From positions 180,118 through 244,117 of the forward strand of contig CBDCHL010000005.1 of NCBI GenBank assembly GCA_965217195.1: a stretch of DNA of 64,000 nucleotides. The letters run 5' to 3'. Of the stretch, positions 36,110 to 44,329 are shown piece by piece; the stretch's first letter is position 1, and every line of letters begins with the position of its first letter. The translations under genes were made by a program, and so were the position numbers. The notes below the pieces were generated by a model, which ran no database searches, was not told the DNA's origin, and worked only from the letters and a program-made list of their open reading frames with translations. Source of the DNA: Bryobacterales bacterium. GTDB lineage: Bacteria; Acidobacteriota; Terriglobia; Bryobacterales; UBA6623.

Positions 36110-36341
36110 CGCTGGAGAAGTCGGAAACTAATGCCGGTCCGAGCAAATCGTTGCCGATCGTGGCGGAGAATTTCAGGCGGCCCGGCAGAGGTGCGGACGG
36201 AAGTCCACGCTCTTCGTCACTGCAGCGCCCCCCATTCCGTTGACTTTTGGGGATCCTCATTCCTTGCGGCTGGTCCGCATTAGGGCTTAAGAACGGGAGG
36301 CCGGATGTCCCTTCCAGACTGTGAAGTCGTAGAGAATTCCT

Positions 36342-36941
36342 ATGGATGATCTCGCCGCGCCGATGTCCCGCTTGGTTGACGAGCTGAAACGTCTGCCCGG
36401 CATCGGCGCCAAGTCGGCGCAACGCATGGCTTTTCACTTGCTTGGCGTCCCTAGAGACGACGCCGATAGGCTGGCCCGCGCCGTGGTTGAAATGCGTGAG
36501 CAGATTCAGCTCTGCGGCCAATGCAACAATCTCTCCGAAGGCCCTCTGTGTCACTTTTGCGCCGACGGCGGCCGTGACGGAAAAATCATCTGTGTCGTCG
36601 AGCAGCCGACTAATATCATCACGGTCGAACGCACCCGACAATACCGCGGCTGCTACCACGTGTTGCACGGCGCCCTCTCACCGCTCCGCGACGTCGGTCC
36701 TGAAGACCTCATGCTCAAGAACCTGCTGGAACGTCTCTCCGGCGGCGAAGTGCAGGAAATCATTCTCGCGACCAGCCCCACAACGGAGGGACAAGCAACC
36801 GCGACTTACCTGGCGCGTCTGCTGAAACCTCTCGGCGTGCGAGTTTCGCGCATCGGCATGGGCATCCCCGTCGGTACCGAACTCGACTACGTCGACGAGG
36901 CCACCATGATGGAGGCCATCGACGGCCGCCGCGAGCTGTAA
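36342..36941 (+). CDS. recR: Recombination mediator RecR
   Basis: LPGIGAKSAQR, C4 zinc finger, YHVLHGALSP, TOPRIM (TTEGQATA), YVDEATM. Confidence 0.97.
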   Translation: MDDLAAPMSRLVDELKRLPGIGAKSAQRMAFHLLGVPRDDADRLARAVVEMREQIQLCGQCNNLSEGPLCHFCADGGRDGKIICVVEQPTNIITVERTRQYRGCYHVLHGALSPLRDVGPEDLMLKNLLERLSGGEVQEIILATSPTTEGQATATYLARLLKPLGVRVSRIGMGIPVGTELDYVDEATMMEAIDGRREL

Positions 36942-36980
36942 AGCACTGCCAATTCTTAAAAGACGGCTCTATACTCGTGG

Positions 36981-37355
36981 GTGGTGCCGACTCCCTCGTC
37001 GCAGCGAGACTCGAATCCCGAGGCCCGGTGGCTCTGCTCTCATCTGGTCGAGCTAAGCTTTCTGGGAGATCGATCTCTCTCGGAAACCGGGCTGCTGGAA
37101 GAGATCGGCGCCACTCAGGCTTGGGTCGCTGTTGAAACGGCGTATCCCATGGGCAGCCACGTAGATTTCACGGCCCAAGGCTTCCGGGTGTCGGCTGAAG
37201 TCGTTGTGTGTCGTGCTCGCGAGAACGATTATCGAATCAAGCTTGAGTTTCAGGCCGGACGTCTGTGGAGTCCCGAGGTTTGGGAGCCTGATCACCTTTT
37301 CCGGCCGCCCTCGAAGAAATCGAAGGCGAAGGGCAATAGGGCTGCTGCGGGCTGA
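36981..37355 (+). CDS. Hypothetical protein (PilZ-like beta fold possible)
   Basis: R..CS.LV, LEEI, V..C..REN.Y.I..EF...W pattern. Confidence 0.55.
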   Translation: MVPTPSSQRDSNPEARWLCSHLVELSFLGDRSLSETGLLEEIGATQAWVAVETAYPMGSHVDFTAQGFRVSAEVVVCRARENDYRIKLEFQAGRLWSPEVWEPDHLFRPPSKKSKAKGNRAAAG

Positions 37356-37512
37356 TCACTTTAATGATCGGAATACGCGCTCGTGCGACCGAGCGCCGGG
37401 CTTCGACGTGGCCCCTTCTCTAGTTGAGTGTTGCGTTGACGGCCGGCAAACCGGCAAGGCGTGGTCGTCAGTCCGCTTCCCGAGTCACCGGCGGGTAGCG
37501 ATTTGAACGTGT

Positions 37513-38160
37513 CTACTTCTTCCGCACGAGCCGCGGGCACGCCCTGTAGAGTTTTTCGATCTTCGGCAGCGCGTTGACGATCACGTAACCATGGTTGGGA
37601 TTGCGCTCCACAAAATCCTGGTGATACTCCTCGGCTAGATAAAACCGTTCGAATGGCTCGATGGTGGTGACGATCTTGCGGTCGAATGCCTGTGTTTCGC
37701 CGAGCTGCCTGATGTAGGCCTCAGCGATGCGTTCTTGCTCGTCATTCGCCGGGAAGATGGCGGAGCGGTATTGAGGCCCATGGTCGGGACCTTGCCGGTT
37801 CAACTGCGTGGGATCGTGCGCCACGCTGAAGAACACTTTAAGAAGCTGCCCGTAGCTGATCTTCGAAGCGTTGTAGGTGACCTCGATGGCCTCCGCATGG
37901 GCTGTCCGGCCGCCGGCCACCAGACGGTAGTCCGCGGTTTCGGCCGTTCCCCCGGCGTATCCCGAAAGCACTTGAGTTACCCCTTCAACGAACTCGAAGA
38001 CACCTTCCGTGCACCAGAAACATCCGCCCGCGAGGACGGCTTTCTCCATCACCGGCTCCGATTTGAGTTCCTGGTCGATTGCCGGGTCGGGGAACGCAGC
38101 TCCCGCACCGGCTGCCGCTCGCGCGGCGAGAAAAGTAGGTAGAAGCGCCCGCATCTTCAT
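37513..38160 (-). CDS. msrA: Peptide methionine sulfoxide reductase A
   Basis: AGGCFWCTE, GYAGG, HDPTQLNRQGPD, FYLAEEYHQD. Confidence 0.96.
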   Translation of the reverse strand: MKMRALLPTFLAARAAAGAGAAFPDPAIDQELKSEPVMEKAVLAGGCFWCTEGVFEFVEGVTQVLSGYAGGTAETADYRLVAGGRTAHAEAIEVTYNASKISYGQLLKVFFSVAHDPTQLNRQGPDHGPQYRSAIFPANDEQERIAEAYIRQLGETQAFDRKIVTTIEPFERFYLAEEYHQDFVERNPNHGYVIVNALPKIEKLYRACPRLVRKK

Positions 38161-38253
38161 GGTCGACCTCTCGCTTCCAGTCTAACTGTTGAGCGGCAGG
38201 TCCATACGCCACATCGTGCGCCGCAAAAACTCCGCTAAACTCTGGCCCTGTCC

Positions 38254-38877
38254 TCAACTCCGGTCCTCGGAGCTCTGATCCTCGAGCAACAATAGCCGCG
38301 CCGACAGATCATTGAACCGAGGCTCGGTGTTTTCGTTGAGTTCACGTTTGGCGCTTTTCAGGAGCATGCGTACCCGTTGAAGTTGCCGCCGATGGAATAC
38401 CGCCTCCTCGACCAGCGCGAGGCAGCAATCGGCCATTTCCAGGTTCTGATCAACGGTTCGTTGTGGGATGTGAAACAGCTCTTCATAGCGTTCCCGCTGT
38501 TGGGCAACGCCCTGTTGCCTTTTTCGACACGGAACACACCTAACGCAATCGGATTCGAGGGCGAATCCAAGCTCCTCGTACCAATATTGCTGTTCCTCGG
38601 CAAAGAAGATAAACCACTTGTCGCAATCACGGCATTTTCGTTTTACGTCGAAATAGTGCGTAACCGGAACGGTTGCAGGAGCTTGCCGAGATAGCCTTGC
38701 CGAGATCGCTGTATTGGCGATACGACATTCTTCGGGCGAGTGCCAATGAAGAAAGACATCGGCGTCGAAGTCGGTCTTGGGATTGAGCCCGGTGATCCGC
38801 GGCCGCCGGCCGTATCGAGGATGGGTAACGTACTGGGCGTATTTGTCCACGCCTAAGCTTTTTCGAGTCTTTCGCAC
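38254..38877 (-). CDS. Zinc-ribbon domain protein
   Basis: CRDCDKWFIFFAEEQQYWYEELGF...RCVPCRK. Confidence 0.75.
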   Translation of the reverse strand: MRKTRKSLGVDKYAQYVTHPRYGRRPRITGLNPKTDFDADVFLHWHSPEECRIANTAISARLSRQAPATVPVTHYFDVKRKCRDCDKWFIFFAEEQQYWYEELGFALESDCVRCVPCRKRQQGVAQQRERYEELFHIPQRTVDQNLEMADCCLALVEEAVFHRRQLQRVRMLLKSAKRELNENTEPRFNDLSARLLLLEDQSSEDRS

Positions 38878-38885
38878 AGAGGTCC

Positions 38886-39140
38886 TTACTTGGCGTGCCG
38901 GCGGTGCTTTGGCGAAAGGCGGACAACTTCTCCGCGGCCACGGCGGTCACCATCGGGAACCTGGTCGTGTTGTGGATCGCCTTCTCAGGCTATTTCCCAG
39001 ACTAATGGGCCTCCCTGAAGAATTCGTTTCACCCATTCATGGCGGTGATTCCGGGGGCGATAACGATCCTTCTGGTGGGCGTGATTCTTAGCTCGCGGAA
39101 TGCGCCCAGGGAAGACGACCTGAAACTGCCCCGGGAATAG
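38886..39140 (+). pseudogene. Possible C-terminal remnant of a sodium:solute symporter-like membrane protein
   Basis: Translates LWRKADNFSAATAVTIGNLVVLWIAFSGYFPD*WASLKNSFHPFMAVIPGAITILLVGVILS; in-frame TAA at 39003; no start codon. Confidence 0.35.
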
Positions 39141-39237
39141 TTCCCGGTGACCGGGCTCCGAAGGACAGGCCCGCGTTCCAGCTTTTCTGGGGAGACGGTA
39201 TGCACCATCCGACGCGGGCCGAGGATACCCCTGTCTC

Positions 39238-39416
39238 GCCTGCATTTCTCACCACCTGGCGGTCGAAGCACGCAATAGGCCTGTCATTACTTCGTTACGG
39301 TTGCCTGCCGTGCTCACCGTACTGTTCGAGTACGCCTCCGCGCGCCGGGCGGCCCGTGCCTCGTACTGACAGCCCTCTCACGCACTTCGCCTCGCCAGGT
39401 GGTGAGAAATGCAGGC
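39238..39416 (-). mobile_element. MITE copy 2 (perfect 24-bp TIRs, abutting CTAG)
   Basis: gcctgcatttctcaccacctggcg ... cgccaggtggtgagaaatgcaggc-tag; about 4 substitutions versus copy 1. Confidence 0.85.
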
Positions 39417-40246
39417 TAGAGCTCTAGTTGGCCGTTGAAGACCATCTTCTTGAGCTTGAACTTGCGCTTAATCTCCATGCGATCGGTCTTCATCAAGAAT
39501 TCGACGTCCTTGTCGTCCAAGGTGATCGGGTCGGTCCTGGGGAAGACGAAGTAGAGATCGGTCTTCTCCATCTGCGCGGTGATTTGGAGATCGGCCGGAG
39601 CGATAGGCTCCTTGCCTTTCCGGCGTAGGCTTGTGTTTTGCTTGACTTGGTCGGGCATGCGCTGCATGAAGCCCGCCATGCGCCCGGGCAGGCCGGCCAC
39701 GGAGACAAGGTAGTTGGGCTCCTCGCGGTTGATGTAATCCAGCCCGTCGGCCGCGGTTGCCGCCTCGTTGCCGTAGCGCAGCTTGACCGACGCTTGCTTG
39801 ACGGGCAGCGCGGAGAACCAACGAACCACCGCGGTCATCTGCGGCATGGCCATGCCGCCGCCGGGGCCACCAAAGCCACCGCGGCCGCCGCGGCCACCAC
39901 CGCCGCCACCGTAACCACCGCCGCCGCTACCACCCGCTCCGCCGAAGCTCGGACCACCGCCACTGCTACCGCCATAGGCACCGCCACCGCCGCCGCCACT
40001 GCCACCTTGACGGCCGCCACCTGGGCGGCCAAACCTGCCGTCGGCGCCGGCGCCGCCACCGAATGATCCGACCATGCGGATGGTGACGTTTTGGGACCAA
40101 GGCGATCTATTGAGAACTCTGTCGACTTCCTTGGTGCTCCATTCCGTGTACGACTTAGCCTCCCAGAAGTCAGCCGCCCACAGCATGGCCACGCTCATCG
40201 AAGCGGCTACCGCCACTCGAATAACTGGTTTCCTCATTGAGTTCAC
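39416..40246 (-). CDS. Hypothetical exported protein with Gly-rich insert
   Basis: Signal peptide, WEAKSYTEWS..EV..VL..SPW, Gly-rich tract, FKLKKMVFNGQLEL. Confidence 0.8.
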   Translation of the reverse strand: MNSMRKPVIRVAVAASMSVAMLWAADFWEAKSYTEWSTKEVDRVLNRSPWSQNVTIRMVGSFGGGAGADGRFGRPGGGRQGGSGGGGGGAYGGSSGGGPSFGGAGGSGGGGYGGGGGGRGGRGGFGGPGGGMAMPQMTAVVRWFSALPVKQASVKLRYGNEAATAADGLDYINREEPNYLVSVAGLPGRMAGFMQRMPDQVKQNTSLRRKGKEPIAPADLQITAQMEKTDLYFVFPRTDPITLDDKDVEFLMKTDRMEIKRKFKLKKMVFNGQLEL

Positions 40247-40358
40247 CTCAATAGTGCCGCAGTGCTAAAGCTCACGGCGTCTCCCCTCACCTTCATGGCG
40301 CGGATACGGACCCGCGGGTTACCGTGATTTCCGCTCGTTCGCATCGTACGACACCAGG

Positions 40359-41147
40359 CTACCGAATCCCGGAAAACGGCAGCGGTTGCATCTGAATATT
40401 TGTAATGTTTGAAACAACTTCCTCGTTGGCCCACTCGGGCTTGCTGCTCATTTCCTTCCATTCGTCGCTGGCGCCGAATTTGCCCCATGCCGCCTGGCGC
40501 GCCGTCAAGTCGTCGTACCAGACCATGTAGGTGAGATTGGGGAGTTTCGATCCGACAATTGCTTGCCCAAAGAAGACCGGGGTCACGCCGACCTTGCGGA
40601 ACAGGGCGATTTCACCCTTGTTGAACATATTGATCTTCTCTCGAACGTCACGAAAAGTTTCGGCCTGATAGATACGCAGGTCGAATATGCGAGGCGGCTT
40701 GCCGGCAGCCGGCGCGGAGGGCGTCTCGAGCTTCGGCATGCCGTCAAAGGCCCGTAACAGCGAAGATTCCATGCGGATGAAAGGCGGTTCGGCCTCTGAG
40801 CCGATTTTGTCGGCGGCGCGCATCCATGGCTTGTCGGCGGCCTTGCGGGCGCTCTTGGCCTCCATATCCGCAAGCGAGTCGTGGGCCAGAACCATGACGA
40901 GCATGGGAGTCTCGGCGCCCATCGTGACGTTGAAATAGCCGACCGGCCCAAAGTCGTTTCGTTTGGTCATCGGGACGTGATGTTTTTCCAGAAACTCGCT
41001 CAGTCGCGCAGGTTGAAGGGCGCGGCTGTTGCGGAGTTGGAAATGGCGTACCTCGATGAATTGGTTCGGGGGGTGGTCGGCGGCTGAGGCGGCCCCGGCG
41101 GTGAGTCCTCCGGCGGCGGAAGCGGTAAGAAAATGGCGTCGTTGCAT
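40359..41147 (-). CDS. NIPSNAP family protein with Tat motif
   Basis: MQRRHFL, RIFDLRIY, MFNKGEIALF, PNLTYM, AWGKF. Confidence 0.85.
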   Translation of the reverse strand: MQRRHFLTASAAGGLTAGAASAADHPPNQFIEVRHFQLRNSRALQPARLSEFLEKHHVPMTKRNDFGPVGYFNVTMGAETPMLVMVLAHDSLADMEAKSARKAADKPWMRAADKIGSEAEPPFIRMESSLLRAFDGMPKLETPSAPAAGKPPRIFDLRIYQAETFRDVREKINMFNKGEIALFRKVGVTPVFFGQAIVGSKLPNLTYMVWYDDLTARQAAWGKFGASDEWKEMSSKPEWANEEVVSNITNIQMQPLPFSGIR

Positions 41148-41296
41148 GCAGACTGTTATACCACGCCCAGGGTGGGTAGCTTGGTGTGGTTGGTAGGGTG
41201 TTGGAGTCTGGGGCTGACCGGCTGAGAGCCGGTCACTACCGCTGCTTTCGGCGTGGAGACTCGGTACAATCAAGCGCACTTGGAGGAGGGAATGCT

Positions 41297-41716
41297 ATGC
41301 GAAGATTGTTGAATCGAGCCGGGGGGCTTGTCGCCGCTTTCGTGCTGGGCTTTTGGGCGGCCCATCCGACGGACTTTGGCGCGGTGGCGGCGCCGGTCGC
41401 TGCGGGCGCCAAACCAGCTTACGTCATTGTGAGCGCCAAGATAGTTCACCCGGACCAGTTGGGGCCTTATCGTGAGGCCGCGGTTCCGCTGGCGGAGAAG
41501 GCGGGAATGGAAGTCCTTGCGGCCGGCGACAGCGGTTCTTCGGTCCGTGTCTTGGAAGGCGAATGGCCCTACCAGGGTCGCTTGGTCGTGGAGAAGTTCG
41601 ACTCGATGAATGCGTTGCTGAGTTTCTGGAATTCGCCGGGATATCAGGCGGCCAAGAAGCTCCGCGAGGGGCTTGTCGAGGTGAACTTCATCATCGCGGT
41701 TGACCCGGAGGAGTAG
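41297..41716 (+). CDS. DUF1330 protein
   Basis: PAYVIV, VLEGEW, VVEKFDS, FWNSPGYQ. Confidence 0.85.
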   Translation: MRRLLNRAGGLVAAFVLGFWAAHPTDFGAVAAPVAAGAKPAYVIVSAKIVHPDQLGPYREAAVPLAEKAGMEVLAAGDSGSSVRVLEGEWPYQGRLVVEKFDSMNALLSFWNSPGYQAAKKLREGLVEVNFIIAVDPEE

Positions 41717-41789
41717 GTGGGTTCTCGGTAACCTTGCGGGCATGAGGCGATGCCGGTACCGAAGAATGGACGCGGGTTCCGGCTACTGT

Positions 41790-41845
41790 GAAGACACGGC
41801 GGCACGAAGCCGCCGCGGCTCGCCTGGAGGCGCGCGCCACGTCGG
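41790..41845 (-). repeat. GTGG-foot REP element (direct repeat of 46630-46686)
   Basis: gaagacacggcggcacgaagccgccgcggctcgcctggaggcgcgcgccacgtcgg. Confidence 0.75.
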
Positions 41846-41850
41846 GCTTT

Positions 41851-44034
41851 CTAGCGGGTCGCGCTCACCTGGGGTAGGAAGTTTTTCATCGCCCAGATCT
41901 CGGACGTGGTTCGGTTGCCTGTCGTGGCGTGAAACAACAACTGCCGTCCGTCGGGGTGCACGCTCAGACCCAACACGCCGGCGCTGTCAATCGCCACTCC
42001 GGTCCTTGTCGCCGGCCCGCCCTTCAAAGGTATGCGCCATAGCTCGCTCTTCGGGTACTTGCCTTGAGAAAAGATCAAGTGCTTTCCGTCCGGCGTCCAC
42101 GCTACGCCGGAGATTTGGTTGAGTGCATCTTCCCGGGGTAGGGTGGCGACATCGCGCACAGTACGGTCTTTCAACGACAAAACGCTTAGCGTCTTTGCTC
42201 TGCACAGCGCTAAATCACTTCCATCCGGCGACAGAGCCATGTCCCGGAAATAATTGTCCAAGGGCGGTTCGGTGTACATTTCAGTTTCCTCGCCGGTTGC
42301 CAGTCGCCGCATAACAAGGCGCCGCGTCTTCAATTCATCATCGTCGTGAACGTAGAAAACCGATTTGCCGTCGGCGGACCAAACTCCGTCCCATATACGT
42401 CCCTCGCCGACCCGCAGAATACGCTCGGTCTTCCCCGTGGCCGGGTCGATTCGATAAAGACCGTCGCGGTCCTTCTCGATTCCGCCGGCCGCCAACAGCG
42501 AGCGTCCGTCCGGGGACCATCGCGCAGTCAGCCCCTTGTAGTTGTCTAAAGGCAGGGGAATCTCACGTTCCGCGCCGGTTTCAAGATTTCGGATCACGAG
42601 GGACCACGATTGGGTGAATCGGCCCGGTTCGCTAAGAACCGCGTAGGAGAGATAATTGCCGTCGCGCGAAAAGGCGGGACCTCCACTGCGCCCGTCATGA
42701 AGAAGGCTCACTTGCAAGGGGTCGGCGGTCGCCTTGCCGGTCGAGGGATCGAACTCGGCGGTATACACGTTACTCGTTCCCGTGACGACGCCGTAGTAAT
42801 AAGAGCCGTCGCGAGCGAAACCCTGCGGCCGGACGAGACCGATGTTGCTCTTGACCAATTGAGGGGTTCCGGTTCGGGATCCCTCCTCGACGCCGATCAT
42901 CCAGGCGGCGTGGCTTCCGGTTCGATTGCTGGTGAATAGGATTCGATCGCCATACGGCGTCCATCCGAGCACTCGGTCGTCGGCGGGATGCTCGACCAGT
43001 TTGATCTCCCGGCTGCCGTCAACGGTAAGGAGGTAGATATCTCGTCCCGTGACGTCTTTGCTCGGCGGGAAATCGTAGACGATGTAGTCTCCGTCGGGAG
43101 AGAAACGCATTCCCCTTGGCACGCGCCAATCGAAGGACTTGAGCACACGGACGTCTCCGGTTTCCAGACTAATCAGACCCATTTGAGTCGTTTCATCTTG
43201 GCCCTTGAGAACCAGTAGGATGTGTTTGCCGTCCGGGGACCAATCGGTGGGGGAAACGTAGAGCGTCTCGGGATTTTGATACAAGAGACGGGAAGCCGGA
43301 GGACCGCCGTCGCCGGTCAAGGGCGCGAGACGCAGTTCGACGCAGCAGGTGTTGTCTTTCCAGTTTTCCCAGGTGTAGGCAATCATCTTGCCGTCCGGGG
43401 AAAAGACGGAGACCCCGGCATACGCGTCGGGCTCATCGTTCCAATTGGTGTCCGTGAGAGTGCGATTTTGGCCGGCGCCTAGGTCTCGAACTGCCAGGTT
43501 GCCGCTATTCCAGTCGACGAAGCTCAGGTAGCGGCCGTCGGGCGAAACGCGGCCCGTTGTGTCCGTCATCGCCTCCGCCCAGATTCGTTTCGCTTCGAGT
43601 TCGGACCCCGCTTCGGCGCGGGCTTCCTCGGGACCGAAATGCGGACCGTTGCCTACCGAGATCAGCGACAGCACGAGTACAAGCGCCAAAGTCAAGCCGG
43701 TTAACGGTCGGCGCCATGGGGGCCAAGCCAACGGCGAGAGCGGGCCGTCTCGGAATGCGGATTCGACTTCCTTGGTCTCCAATGATGGTTTCCGAGTCGC
43801 GCGCCAAGCGTCCAGTTCGCCGGCGTAAGCGTAGACGGTGCTGCGAGACAGATGCTCGTGGCGGTGGACGGGAAGCCCTTCGTACTTTTCCCAACGTCTC
43901 ACGGTGCGGGCGTCGCGTTGGAGGTAGGCGCCGATCTCCTTCCAGGATTCGAGCGGCTGTTCTTGATGCTCTTCGGGCATCGAGGGAAGAGGCTCTTCGG
44001 CGTTGGGATTGGTGGGGGGATTTCGGGCGGCCAT
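41851..44034 (-). CDS. HTH-TM-PD40/TolB-like beta-propeller protein, paralog 1
   Basis: LESWKEIGAYLQRDARTVRRWE..EGLPVHR, one TM helix, many (W/F)SPDG repeats. Confidence 0.85.
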   Translation of the reverse strand: MAARNPPTNPNAEEPLPSMPEEHQEQPLESWKEIGAYLQRDARTVRRWEKYEGLPVHRHEHLSRSTVYAYAGELDAWRATRKPSLETKEVESAFRDGPLSPLAWPPWRRPLTGLTLALVLVLSLISVGNGPHFGPEEARAEAGSELEAKRIWAEAMTDTTGRVSPDGRYLSFVDWNSGNLAVRDLGAGQNRTLTDTNWNDEPDAYAGVSVFSPDGKMIAYTWENWKDNTCCVELRLAPLTGDGGPPASRLLYQNPETLYVSPTDWSPDGKHILLVLKGQDETTQMGLISLETGDVRVLKSFDWRVPRGMRFSPDGDYIVYDFPPSKDVTGRDIYLLTVDGSREIKLVEHPADDRVLGWTPYGDRILFTSNRTGSHAAWMIGVEEGSRTGTPQLVKSNIGLVRPQGFARDGSYYYGVVTGTSNVYTAEFDPSTGKATADPLQVSLLHDGRSGGPAFSRDGNYLSYAVLSEPGRFTQSWSLVIRNLETGAEREIPLPLDNYKGLTARWSPDGRSLLAAGGIEKDRDGLYRIDPATGKTERILRVGEGRIWDGVWSADGKSVFYVHDDDELKTRRLVMRRLATGEETEMYTEPPLDNYFRDMALSPDGSDLALCRAKTLSVLSLKDRTVRDVATLPREDALNQISGVAWTPDGKHLIFSQGKYPKSELWRIPLKGGPATRTGVAIDSAGVLGLSVHPDGRQLLFHATTGNRTTSEIWAMKNFLPQVSATR

Positions 44035-44205
44035 GATGATCTCCGTTGCCCTTGGCGGGCGCGTGGTCTGGGTGTGCTCTGAATGTACGGCGGATGGTTA
44101 GAGGTTGCAAGAGAAAAGTGCGGACGGGGAGCGGGGTGTCCGCCGATGTCCTCTATTTGTTCGGCCGGAACGAGGTGTGGGTGGAGATGACGAGGCTGCG
44201 TGGAG

Positions 44206-44277
44206 AAAGACATGTCGGGCTCGAAAGCCCGACACGGTACGCCGGAGGTGCCACGTCGGAGGGCGCTACATCGGCAG
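44206..44277 (-). repeat. Divergent GTGG-foot REP between the paralogs
   Basis: tgtcgggc-tcgaaa-gcccgaca hairpin + gccacgtcggagggcgc, shared with the 46630 copy. Confidence 0.6.
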
Positions 44278-44329
44278 GGTGGCGTAGGGCGGACTACGTT
44301 GGGTGGACTCGTGGCGGAGGATTCAGCTG

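Noticed and set aside
36982-37022. tggtgccga...gactcgaa resembling a reverse-strand tRNA 3' end
   Set aside because: Spacing is wrong, there is no cloverleaf, and it lies in a plausible CDS
39850-40070. (ccg/cca)n low-complexity tract
   Set aside because: Explained by a poly-Gly coding segment
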